Positions 28,656-37,781 of a stretch of DNA of 64,000 nt are shown one piece after another. Made by a program: the position numbers and the translations under genes. Each line of letters begins with the position of its first letter. Within the stretch, counting starts at the first letter, position 1. The stretch is from an uncultured Chloroflexia bacterium (GTDB taxonomy: Bacteria; Chloroflexota; Limnocylindria; Limnocylindrales; CSP1-4), in the NCBI GenBank assembly GCA_963713975.1, contig OY970218.1:1177683-1241682 (forward strand). The letters run 5' to 3'. Below the pieces are notes generated by a model. That model saw nothing but the letters and a program-made list of their open reading frames with translations, searched no databases and was not told where the DNA came from.

Positions 28656-28763
28656 ATGGCGCGCCCGACAGGAGTCAAACCGCCGGGTACCCACTCTGGA
28701 TTCAAGTCGATCCCGATCGCGGGCGCGCACGATTGGGAGGTCGGAACAATGCGCAGCGCGTAG
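28656..28763 (+). repeat. Copy C of the recombinase-tail repeat (encodes MARPTGVKPPGTHSGFKSIPIAGAHDWEVGTMRSA*)
   Basis: Starts GGCGCGCCCGACAGG and ends CCCGATCGCGGGCGCGC, like copies D, A and B. The reading frame and stop are conserved with the A/B tails. Confidence 0.55.
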
Positions 28764-28883
28764 CCGTGTTCGAGCGCTGGTCGACACCTGGACTGAAAGC
28801 TGCTGAAGCGGGACGCGTGCCATTGACAATTCGCCCAGCGAGTTCCCTGGGAGCGCGGCGCCCACAGGTTGGCGTGAACGCCC

Positions 28884-30125
28884 ATGCCGAGATGGGAATC
28901 GGCGTCGGCGATGATCCTCACGAATCGCCCGCTCGTGCCCTCTTCGTCCGACTATCATCTGGCCATTCGGTCGGCGCCGGTTCGGGGGGCATCCTTGAGC
29001 TCAGAACGTTTCGACGCGTGGGGGCTCCGCGGAGCATCCCCCATCGCCGAACCGCGCCTGCGGCTGAACGTCGTATGCCCCTACTACACGATGTTTCCGC
29101 TGTCCTTCCCGCTTGCTGCGCTGGCGGACGCCCAAGTTGGTGACGCGGTTCTGGACCCATTCTGCGGGCGGGGGACGACCGCGTACGCGGCCCGGCTGCG
29201 GGGCATGAGGTCGGTGGGAGTCGACGCAGACGCTGTGGCAGTCGCGGTTGCGAGGGCGAAGCTCGCATCCGGCTCGCCTGAGCAGGTCGAGGCCCGATTA
29301 GAGGAGCTCTTGGGGACAGTGCCCATACCGGCACACGTGCCCACTGGGGACTTCTGGAAGCTGGCATTCGACCACGGGACCCTGCTGGACATCTGCCGTG
29401 TCCGGGAAGCCCTCCTCACCCGTGACACGGCCTCCGACGTGCTGCTTCGGGCGATCCTCCTCGGCGTGCTCCACGGACCGCAATCGGTCAAAGCGCCCAA
29501 CTACCTGTCGAACCAGATGCCGCGCACGTATGCGACGAAGCCCGGACCGGCCGTGAGCTACTGGATTCGAACCGGGCACCTCGCCAGGCGCGTCAACATT
29601 CGCGAGGTGGTGCGCCGACGTGCGCGGTACATCCTGCGCGACGTGCCGGACGTGTCCTTCGGGAGGGTGCTGCGTGGCGATTCGCGGCGCCTCCTTGACC
29701 TCGGCATAGTCGAGCGATTCGACTACGTCGTGACTTCCCCGCCATACCTCGGAATGCGGAGCTACCGGCCCGACCAGTGGTTGCGGCACTGGTTCCTCGG
29801 CGGCCCTGAGGACGTGGACTACGGTATGACCGACATGATGTCGCCGCGGCTCGAGTCGTTCTCATCGGAATTGGCCAAGGTCTGGCATGGGGTAGCGAAG
29901 CTGAGCAGGCCGAGAGCCTCACTGACCGTCCGCTTCGGCGCGCTTCCCAGCGTCAAGGCCGATCCGGAGCGCGTCATGCGTGCGTCCTTGGTAGACACGG
30001 GCTGGGAAGTCACCTCAGTGAGGTCCGCGGGCACGGCGTCTGCGGGCAAACGTCAGGCGAACCACATGAACAACATTGGCGAGCCGGCGGACGAGATCGA
30101 CCTCCGCGCTCGCTTGATCGCTTGA
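28884..30125 (+). CDS. DNA methyltransferase (N6-adenine/N4-cytosine, amino-MTase)
   Basis: Motif I VLDPFCGRGTT and motif IV TSPPY ~190 aa later (alpha-type order). Stop overlaps the next start (ATGA). Confidence 0.8.
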   Translation: MPRWESASAMILTNRPLVPSSSDYHLAIRSAPVRGASLSSERFDAWGLRGASPIAEPRLRLNVVCPYYTMFPLSFPLAALADAQVGDAVLDPFCGRGTTAYAARLRGMRSVGVDADAVAVAVARAKLASGSPEQVEARLEELLGTVPIPAHVPTGDFWKLAFDHGTLLDICRVREALLTRDTASDVLLRAILLGVLHGPQSVKAPNYLSNQMPRTYATKPGPAVSYWIRTGHLARRVNIREVVRRRARYILRDVPDVSFGRVLRGDSRRLLDLGIVERFDYVVTSPPYLGMRSYRPDQWLRHWFLGGPEDVDYGMTDMMSPRLESFSSELAKVWHGVAKLSRPRASLTVRFGALPSVKADPERVMRASLVDTGWEVTSVRSAGTASAGKRQANHMNNIGEPADEIDLRARLIA

Positions 30126-31288
30126 TGTTCGACGACGAGAGCCTGCCGCGGATCCGGGCGGCAATCCGTGAGCAAACTGTCGGCGACCGTGTCTTGCTCG
30201 ACGGCATTCGCTCGGAGGTAAGGCCAGTTGCCGGGAACGTGAGAGCTATGCGCCCGCGGACCGCAACTGCCGTCTCGCTCGTTGCCAGTGATGGCGGCAA
30301 CAACAAGCTCGAGTTCGATCCGTTCTACGTCCAGCTCGTTCGGGTTGTCGATTCCTACGGGAAGGAGCTCTTCTTCGACGTGATTTCGCCGTCCACGGAC
30401 ACCGATGAACTCAGCAATCGGCAGTTCGATGCCGACGGTGCCCCGCAGACAGCCCTGGGTCTCCTAATGAAGGACCTAGGGGTCGACCGACTATACCGAT
30501 TGAGCCCGATGATCCCGACCGGTAGGAAGACGCGCGAAGAACCAGAGAAGGTCGCCCCGGGTTGGGTGATGACCTACCGGGACCTGTGCGAGTGGGCGGT
30601 CCTCTACGAGCGCATCGTAACGACCAGGTTCGGCACCGACACCCTCATCGTCCGCGACGGCTTCCTTCGCTCGAAGGTCTTCTCAGGCGACCTGTTTGTC
30701 AAGATGGGCGAGCATGTGCAGGCAGCGATCGACCGGATCTACCGCCAGGATCGACTCCGGGTCTTTCTCGTCGGACTGGCTAAGCACAGCCAAGTGCTCA
30801 CGCGATACAGCCTTGCGATGGCCATCGAGGGCACTCTGCCTCCTGGTGAGCCCAGGTACCTCCCGATTCCACGAGAGATGGAGGCTCGGGCGTACCGCTG
30901 GTCTGAGTACGCCCGTGGGCGCGAGGACGAGGCTGCCAGGGAGGGTGAAGCCGCCAAGTTCGTCCTTGGTTCGATGTACTTTGCCCGCTTCGGGAAAATG
31001 GCTGGCGACCCGGTGTGGGCGATCGACCTCCTAAGCTCCCAGACTGGGGCGGCGGCGGAGATCTTCGGCTATCTACTGCAGGATGCCATCGATGGTTTCC
31101 CGGTCCCGTACTACCCGCGGTGCCTGCAGCGCGCCCACGAGCACGCTCAGATCGTCGACTTCGACCTCCAGATACTTCAGGACGAGGTCTATCGGGCCGT
31201 CCGAGACCTTCTCCCTGGTGACAAGCAACCGGTACTCGACGCGCTGCAGCTGGGCGTGGGCGATGTCGCCGCAAGGAGGTATGGGTGA
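30122..31288 (+). CDS. NurA-like 5'-3' nuclease domain protein
   Basis: N-terminal LVASDGGNNKLEF...VQLVRVV fits the NurA (V/I)DGS catalytic motif. A second Asp block is LIVRDGFL. Translationally coupled to the MTase and to the HerA-like gene. Confidence 0.55.
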   Translation: MMFDDESLPRIRAAIREQTVGDRVLLDGIRSEVRPVAGNVRAMRPRTATAVSLVASDGGNNKLEFDPFYVQLVRVVDSYGKELFFDVISPSTDTDELSNRQFDADGAPQTALGLLMKDLGVDRLYRLSPMIPTGRKTREEPEKVAPGWVMTYRDLCEWAVLYERIVTTRFGTDTLIVRDGFLRSKVFSGDLFVKMGEHVQAAIDRIYRQDRLRVFLVGLAKHSQVLTRYSLAMAIEGTLPPGEPRYLPIPREMEARAYRWSEYARGREDEAAREGEAAKFVLGSMYFARFGKMAGDPVWAIDLLSSQTGAAAEIFGYLLQDAIDGFPVPYYPRCLQRAHEHAQIVDFDLQILQDEVYRAVRDLLPGDKQPVLDALQLGVGDVAARRYG

Positions 31289-33417
31289 GGATCTTCCCGA
31301 AGGACAAGGTTGTCGGGATCTTTCGGGGATTCAGCGAGGGCGGGCTCGAGTTCCACGCGGATCTCGTCCTCCCGTACCGCCCCGAGTTCCAGGCCTCGCC
31401 CATGCATGGCCAGTTCGTCGTGGTCGCGCTCGAGTCCGATGACGAGGCCGTCCTTGGCAGGATCACCTCAGTCAGCGCCCAAGGCCGCCTCGCCTCTGGT
31501 CCAGGTGAGGACTACAGCCTTCGGGCTGTCCGCGACGAGCGGTCTGTTCCGGAAGACCTTCGCGAGCAATACTTGAAATACCAGGTCGACATCCGGGTCC
31601 TCGGGGTGATTCGTGCGGTGAACGGCGAGGTCGTCTACGCGGCATCGCATCGACGACTCCCCCACGTCGGCAGCAAGGTCGCCTTTCTCGGCGACGAGCT
31701 CGTCTGCGAACTTGCCGGGGCAAACGCTGAGGGAGCCGAGCTTGGCTACTTCGCGCTCGGTGAGTTCATCTATGCGGGCGCAGACGAGAGATTCCAGGCG
31801 GAGCCGTGGATGCGGATGATGGCGCCGCGGGTGACGCCGAAGTTCCCGGTCCAGCAATTGGTTTCGCGTCGGACCTTCGTCTTCGCGAGGGCGGGCTTCG
31901 GGAAGTCGAATCTCGTGAAACTCCTGTTCAGCGACCTTTACAGCCAGACGCCGACCGTCGAGAAGCGCGGTGGTCGACGCGTACCGGTTGGGACGGTCAT
32001 CTTCGACCCCGACGGCGAGTACTTCTGGCCGGACGACAAGAATCGGCCCGGTCTGTGCGACGTACCAGGCCTGCGCGACCAAATCGTCGTTTTCACCAAC
32101 CGAAAGGGTCCAAGCGCCTACTACCAGTCGTTCGTGGTGGGCGGGATCAAGCTCGACATCCGTCGCCTACGGCCGGCGGATGTTGTCGCGATCGCCCTCG
32201 CCCCTGAGAAGCAGGATCAGCAGAACGTGCGGAAGCTGAAGGGCCTGAGCGACGGCCGCTGGACACAGCTTGTCGACGAGATCTACCGAAACGGAAACAA
32301 CGCGGACGAGCAGAAGCTGATCGAGATCCTAGGGCTGCAGGATCGCCAGGAGATGGAACTCTACGCAGCCCGAGCAAACATGACAGAGATCGTTCGGATG
32401 CTCCACGATCCGAGCAGCCAGATGATGGATATGCTCCTCGCGGCACTTCGCGACGGGAAGCTATGCGTCATTGATGTCTCCCAGATGCGGGGAACTCCCG
32501 CACTCGTTCTCTCGGGCCTAGTCCTCAATCGCATCTTCGACCACAACCAGCAGGAGTTCACCGAGGCTGCCCCTAAGACGATCCCGACAATCGCGGTCGT
32601 CGAGGAGGCACAGTCGGTCCTGTCGAACACGGGAAGCTCCGGATCAGGGCCCTACATCTCGTGGGTGAAGGAGGGCCGCAAGTACGACCTAGGCGCCGTC
32701 TTGATCACGCAGCAGCCGGGGAGCATTCCTCAGGAGATCCTCAGCCAGGGCGACAACTGGTTCATCTTTCACCTGTTGTCGGCTGGGGATCTCGCAGCCG
32801 CGAAACGTGCAAACGCTCACTTCAGCGACGACCTCCTCAGTTCGCTGCTGAACGAACCGCTCCCAGGACACGGCATCTTCTGGAGCTCTGCCGGGGGCCG
32901 GGCCTACCCAGTGCCAATCCGCGTTCTTCTGTTCGAATCGCTTTACCACCCATCCGATCCAACGTACACAAGAGATGCCGAGGACACCTACGCTGCCGGC
33001 CTCCGGGAGCGCTTCAGGAACACCGTCTCGCAGGTAAGCGATGCCGCGGGTGGGGCGACAGAAACACCCGCATCCGCCGATGATACGGCCACCGACGAAC
33101 ATACGATCGACTTCCTCGAGACCCTTAAGGAGTCGGCGATCCGCAAGGTCGAGAGGGACGGCGAGGTAGGCCGGCGCGTGAGGGGCGGCGGCATGCCATG
33201 GCGCGGGGTGGTGCAGTCCCTCGAGGACGCGCTACCCGACGAGATCGATGACAAGAACAATCTCGCCTACCAACTCGTGCGGCCCGCCCTCGACCAAATC
33301 CTCGGCCTTAACGGCTGGCATACAGAGCGCCGCGAGTCTAGATCAGTGGCCGGCAGGACGACCGTGTGGGTCGTTATGGGTCCCGAGCCTGCAGCTGATC
33401 GTCCTGCAGAGTCCTAA
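31285..33417 (+). CDS. HerA-like (DUF87/FtsK-HerA superfamily) ATPase
   Basis: N-terminal HAS-barrel-like segment, Walker A FARAGFGKSN, Walker B IAVVEEAQS. 710 aa. Confidence 0.7.
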   Translation: MRIFPKDKVVGIFRGFSEGGLEFHADLVLPYRPEFQASPMHGQFVVVALESDDEAVLGRITSVSAQGRLASGPGEDYSLRAVRDERSVPEDLREQYLKYQVDIRVLGVIRAVNGEVVYAASHRRLPHVGSKVAFLGDELVCELAGANAEGAELGYFALGEFIYAGADERFQAEPWMRMMAPRVTPKFPVQQLVSRRTFVFARAGFGKSNLVKLLFSDLYSQTPTVEKRGGRRVPVGTVIFDPDGEYFWPDDKNRPGLCDVPGLRDQIVVFTNRKGPSAYYQSFVVGGIKLDIRRLRPADVVAIALAPEKQDQQNVRKLKGLSDGRWTQLVDEIYRNGNNADEQKLIEILGLQDRQEMELYAARANMTEIVRMLHDPSSQMMDMLLAALRDGKLCVIDVSQMRGTPALVLSGLVLNRIFDHNQQEFTEAAPKTIPTIAVVEEAQSVLSNTGSSGSGPYISWVKEGRKYDLGAVLITQQPGSIPQEILSQGDNWFIFHLLSAGDLAAAKRANAHFSDDLLSSLLNEPLPGHGIFWSSAGGRAYPVPIRVLLFESLYHPSDPTYTRDAEDTYAAGLRERFRNTVSQVSDAAGGATETPASADDTATDEHTIDFLETLKESAIRKVERDGEVGRRVRGGGMPWRGVVQSLEDALPDEIDDKNNLAYQLVRPALDQILGLNGWHTERRESRSVAGRTTVWVVMGPEPAADRPAES

Positions 33418-33476
33418 GCGCAAACGGGAAGTCTAAAGTCCCACTCCGGGGCATCGCGAAGGTTCTCGAGCGTTCG

Positions 33477-34028
33477 ATGAGCGCGGACACGATCGGACGC
33501 TGGGAGCGCCGAGGCGAAGAAGGCCGCGAAGGGCGTCGGGGCGTCCTATCAGCCGGTCGGCTTGCCCGTGGACGAGATGCTGCACCCGTGATCATCTACG
33601 AGCCAGTCGAGGCCCACGCGCCACTCGGCGAGGATGACTACTGCGCGGCCCATGACCGCGAGCCGGGCCGCGACCGTTGGGACGCCGACGCGTATCACCG
33701 CAGACTCGCGGCCAGCGGCACCCGGGCCTGGCAGATCACCACCACGGGAGCGCGTGCGTTGTGGATCCAAGCCAGGGCTGGGTTCTCGTTCGCGGACGTC
33801 GGTCCCGAGCATGAGCCGTCGGCGCTGATCGCCCTCGCGCCCGGCACTCGGCTGCGCCTCGACTCTGTCAAGGTCGAGCGCTGCTACACACCCGAGGACC
33901 ACGAGTCCACGACACGGCGTTTCTGCGTCCTCGACGGGCCTTTCGCGGGCACATGCTGGAGCGCCAACGAGTCGGTCGCGCACGGGTCCGACTGGCGCTC
34001 GGACGACCCTGTCGACCCGCTCGCCTGA
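33477..34028 (+). CDS. Hypothetical protein
   Basis: 183-aa ORF. The likely real start is the internal GTG ~33577 (VIIYEPVEAHAPLGEDDYCAAHD...). No motif recognised. Confidence 0.35.
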   Translation: MSADTIGRWERRGEEGREGRRGVLSAGRLARGRDAAPVIIYEPVEAHAPLGEDDYCAAHDREPGRDRWDADAYHRRLAASGTRAWQITTTGARALWIQARAGFSFADVGPEHEPSALIALAPGTRLRLDSVKVERCYTPEDHESTTRRFCVLDGPFAGTCWSANESVAHGSDWRSDDPVDPLA

Positions 34029-34060
34029 GCGGTCGCGGATGCGCGATCGTGTCGACAGCC

Positions 34061-34520
34061 ATGACTGATCCGCGACTCGTGGCCTTCACATATCCAGGCG
34101 AGGACAAGCCGGTCGGCGTGATCGAGCGCGGGATGGCGCCAGACGTGGTCGGCATCATCGTCTCGGCCGCCGCCGCTGTTCGCCGCAGCCTCGACGCATT
34201 CCCTGGCCGCCGGATTGGACTGCCGCCATGCCTGCAGGGTGTGGGAGGTGGTTCTGAGGGACGAGAGACTCGCCGTGTGGACGAACGGCGGCGAGGGCGT
34301 GGACGACGACGTGGTGTCGTCCGACTACCGCATAGTGCCCCTCGACAAGCGCAGCGGCTATCGGGAGCGCGACGGCCAGGTTCACCGGCACTACTGGCTC
34401 GAGATCGGCCCCGAACGTTTCCTCTTCGACCCGACGGCCCACCAGTTCGACGACACAGGCGGCGTCTCGCTCGACCGGTACACGGTCAACGGCGAGGCCC
34501 TAAACCCTGCTGGCGAATAG
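34061..34520 (+). CDS. Hypothetical protein, apparently frameshifted near 34215
   Basis: ATG 34061 gives MTDPRLVAFTYPGEDKPVGVIERGMAPDVVGIIVSAAAAVRRSLDAFPGRRIG, then degenerates. Frame +1 continues protein-like (LDCRHACRVWEVVLRDERLAVWTNGGEG...NPAGE*). Confidence 0.3.
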
Positions 34521-34538
34521 GTCGGCGGCAGGCCGCCG

Positions 34539-35300
34539 CTATGCAGTCGCCCGTGGCAGGGTGAAGCCCGCGGCCTCGAGGACGGCGTTGAGGCGATCGT
34601 CGGCGATCCGGCGCTGCTCGTAGACGGCCGTCGCTACGAAGATCAGGCCTCCCTCGTTCTCCGCGATCAGCGCGTCGGCGCGGACCTCGGCGTCGGCGAC
34701 GAGTTCTTGGATCCGCACGATCGTGCGGGTCTTGACGTCCGACGTGAGATAGCCGTGCGGGAGACCGTCCTCGCCGCGGCAGAGGTCCGGGCCGCCGAAG
34801 CCCGCCTTGATGAACCGCATCGCGATCGCCGTGGCGGTGTCGTAGTCGTTCTCGCAGCCGCTGGTGTGCTCCCCTAGGATGCATCGCTCCGCTGCGGCCC
34901 CGGCCATCGCAACCAGGAGTGTGTCGAGCATTCGGCCCTTGGTCTCCCAGGGCACCGATGTGTCCTCGAACGGCCCGCCGAGCATGGTCGCCCCGCCGTG
35001 GCGAAGGGGTGATGTCAATGCCGCGCACCAGCACCTTGGTCGGCGAGGCCGCGGCGGCAATGGCATGCCCCTATTCGTGGATGGCCACGAGCCGCTGGCT
35101 GGCGTCCCACGCGAGGATGTGGTCGCGGGCCGCCGGGCGGACGGTCATCTCGACCATCTCGGTGTTGGACTTGAGGGCCGGGATCGTCAGGGCTGTCGTG
35201 CCCGTCTGCGCTTCTTCGTTCATGCAATTCACGCTGCGGCAGAAGGCTCGCAAACGCAATGGGGTCCGGGATCAAGCGTCCGCGAATTTGACGGCCGGCC
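34539..35300 (-). pseudogene. Degenerate FtsH-like M41 peptidase domain remnant (multiple frameshifts, no AAA domain)
   Basis: Three frames carry consecutive FtsH C-terminal blocks: ...SQRLVAIHE* (the HEXXH region), GHA...VLVRGIDITP..RRG, and GATMLGGPFEDTS...LLVAMAGAAAERCILGEHTSGCENDYDTATAIAMRFIKAGFG. Confidence 0.5.
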
Positions 35301-35358
35301 GCTCAGGCCGAGGGTCCGGCATCCAGACCACCGTCCCGCCCTGAAGAAGGACCTCGTC

Positions 35359-35802
35359 ATGACAATCCGGATCCCCGCCGCCTGCGCGGTTGCCTTGCTC
35401 GCCGCCGCATGCGGCGCCCCGCAGCACTCGATCACAGGCATTGTCGTTCTCGAAGACAGCGCGTCGGCGTTCTACAACGGCCTCACCGATGGCGTGGTCA
35501 CATCTCCAGACGGTTGGAAGGGGATCGACGGCTACGACGACATCGCCCGCGGCGCGGTCATCAAGTTGGTCAACGAGGCCGACACCGTCCTAGCCGTCGG
35601 CTCCCTGGGCATCGGGGTCCTGGGCACCGATGGCAAGCCGGGAGAGAACGGGTGCACCTTCCCGTTCACGTTCGAGAAGGTTGGCCGATGCAATGTCCTA
35701 CTCCGTGACGATCGGCACTCGCGGCGGACCGGACTGGACGCAGGCCCAGATGGAGTCGAACCACTGGAACATGGCGCTCACGCTCGGCACGTCCTAGCGC
35801 CG
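35359..35802 (+). CDS. Putative lipoprotein (possible frameshift near 35690)
   Basis: MTIRIPAACAVALLAAACGAP has a lipobox LAAAC. The protein-like sequence then runs to ~35700. The downstream in-frame part is low-complexity, and an alternate frame gives MSYSVTIGTRGGPDWTQAQMESNHWNMALTLGTS* ending at 35802. Confidence 0.4.
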
Positions 35803-35830
35803 ATTCTTGCCACACTTCAGGCCGGCGGCC

Positions 35831-37033
35831 CTACTTGCGCTTGCGGACAGACGTCTCCTTGGACCACTTCGAGTACAGGACCATTGCGCGCTCGATGTCG
35901 TCCGCCCAGCCCGGCAGGCGCTCGAGCGCCAGTTCAGGCGTTATCAGGCTCACATCGGGGTTGGCCGAGATCGTGAATGTGTTCCAGTGACTTGAGGGCC
36001 CTGACGTGGTGCCCTGAGGCGGGCTGAACCGCCCGATGCGCTCGGCCGTGCGCTGGACTTGGCCCCACTTGTCGTTGCTCCACGCCGTGTCCTTGGTCAG
36101 CGGCTCCTTCGCCAGCCTGCCGTCGAGCGACGTCGGGTGGCGCTCGATCAGTTCGACGAGGCGCGGGTCCACCGGCCCGGCATCGATCAGCACCGCCAAG
36201 GGTGAGACCGGCCGAGGAACCAGAATGTTGGGATCGAGGTCCCGGGCATTCCAGCGCCTCCGGTGGTCGCAGGCGAAGCACTGCTTGGTTCGGGGTTCCC
36301 GCTCGGTCAGCGCCCACGGGCCGTCCCTCTTGCCACAGAGCGTCTTCCGGCCATCGCCGGCGTGATAGCCGGCCCGGAGCACGGTCTTGCCTTCCCCACG
36401 CTGGGCCAGCCGCATCATGTAGACCTGCTGGACGATGTCGAATCGCGCCAGGTCCACCTCCGGCATTGCGGCCATGGCCGTAAGGCACGCCTTGCACATG
36501 GAGCCCCTCGGCCAGCGCTTCAGCGATGACGTCCAGCGCCCGGCGGCCTCGCAGAGCGGCGTCTGCGCGCCGACGTGCCATGTCGACGACCCGCGACTGC
36601 CCGCCCGGTCGGACAGCAGCCTCAACTCCTGGTCGCCGACACGCTGGATGTAGGTCGGGGGCTTGGGCTTGGGCTCCGCCCGGGGGCGGGTCGGCCTGAG
36701 GACCGGTCTCGGCGCGGGTCGCTCCGTCACCAGGGGCTTCGGGGCGGGCGGCGGGACCGGCACCTCGCCGCCGCCCGCGTCGATCCACTCGTCCAGCCAT
36801 GCGCGCCTGAACCGGATCCGGTCGCCGACCCGAGTGGAGCGGACCTTGCCGCCCACGGCGAGGTTGCGCACCGTCGTGGTCGAGACGGCCAGGTAGCGGG
36901 CGGCGTCAGCGATCGAGAACAGCGGCTCCGGAGCGGCGGCGGACGCCGGCTCGCCGCCCGCGGCCGAGCGAACGAAGTCCGCGAACGCCCGGATCAGCGT
37001 CGCCTCGGCCGAGTCGTCCACCTCCTCATCCAC
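35831..37033 (-). CDS. Excisionase/MerR-type HTH DNA-binding protein with a Pro-rich linker and a C-terminal Cys-rich (Zn-ribbon-like) domain
   Basis: FSIADAARYLAVSTTTVRNLAVGGKVRSTRVGDRIRFRRAWLDEWI is an HTH_17/excisionase-like motif. Cys pairs CEAAGRW...CKAC...CGKRDG...CFACDH follow. Confidence 0.6.
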   Translation of the reverse strand: MDEEVDDSAEATLIRAFADFVRSAAGGEPASAAAPEPLFSIADAARYLAVSTTTVRNLAVGGKVRSTRVGDRIRFRRAWLDEWIDAGGGEVPVPPPAPKPLVTERPAPRPVLRPTRPRAEPKPKPPTYIQRVGDQELRLLSDRAGSRGSSTWHVGAQTPLCEAAGRWTSSLKRWPRGSMCKACLTAMAAMPEVDLARFDIVQQVYMMRLAQRGEGKTVLRAGYHAGDGRKTLCGKRDGPWALTEREPRTKQCFACDHRRRWNARDLDPNILVPRPVSPLAVLIDAGPVDPRLVELIERHPTSLDGRLAKEPLTKDTAWSNDKWGQVQRTAERIGRFSPPQGTTSGPSSHWNTFTISANPDVSLITPELALERLPGWADDIERAMVLYSKWSKETSVRKRK

Positions 37034-37168
37034 CGCACGAATCTAGCCCGCAGTCCTCTCGCCGGCGCGTCGAGAACGTTGACGCGGTGATGGACTCGCC
37101 GATGTTCCGGTCAGCGGCTTGCGACCGGCGACACCAGTCGTCGAACGGGCCCGACCGAGGGCCCGAAT

Positions 37169-37703
37169 GTGGTGAGCAGGAACGACCGCCGGACCGAGGA
37201 TCTCGTCCGCGACCACTTCAGGCGAGACGCGTACCCGCGTCTGACCTCAGAGGAGCAGAAGAGCGCAGCCCCCCGGATCACGAAGTGCCTCGGGGCCGCC
37301 AGCAAGCAGGGCCCCGGGATCGGCAAGCCCGAGTTCCTGCTCCATAGCCCTGACGCTCCCGGGTTCGTCGTGGTGATCGAGTGCAAGGCCAATTCGGCCA
37401 AGCACGCGAGCCGGAGCGTCGACCTCGCAGCCCCGTGACACGCGGGAGGCCAAGGACTACGCCGTCGACGGCGCCGTCCACTACGCCAAGCACCTCTCCA
37501 CCGCGTTCGACGTCATCACGATCGGCGTCAGCGGCGAGACGGCCGGGACCATGAAGGTCTCCACCTTCCGCCGTCTCAAGGGCGCGACGACCGCAGAGGA
37601 ACTGCGCGACGAGAACGGCCCGATCACGACCCTGCTCGGGTTCGACGACTACCAGCGCCTCCGCAACTTCGAGCGCATGAGTCTCGGGAGCACGGCGCTC
37701 TAG
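37169..37703 (+). pseudogene. Stand-alone PD-(D/E)xK restriction-endonuclease-like domain gene (HsdR_N/MmeI-N-like), frameshifted near 37430
   Basis: KPEFLLHSPDAPGFVVVIECKANSAKH shows a PD...ExK motif. The frame then shifts to ...RDTREAKDYAVDGAVHYAKHLSTAFDVITIGVSGE...STAL*. Confidence 0.45.
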
Positions 37704-37781
37704 TCAAGCACGTTTCGAGGGTCGAGAGATCACCCAGGTCACGACCAGCCAACAGATCGTCACGCATCCGGGCAGCGATGC

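Noticed and set aside
28656-28730. Possible tRNA gene on the minus strand. The reverse complement starts GCGCGCC... and ends ...GGCGCGCCA, which looked like an acceptor stem plus CCA, with a GGTTTGACTCC T-arm-like stretch.
   Set aside because: The T-loop and D-arm do not fold canonically. The segment also reads in-frame as a protein tail (MARPTGV...SIPIAG...*) homologous to copies at 19094, 20872 and 18234, which are clearly the 3' end of a serine recombinase ORF. It is therefore treated as a recombinase-tail repeat, not a tRNA.
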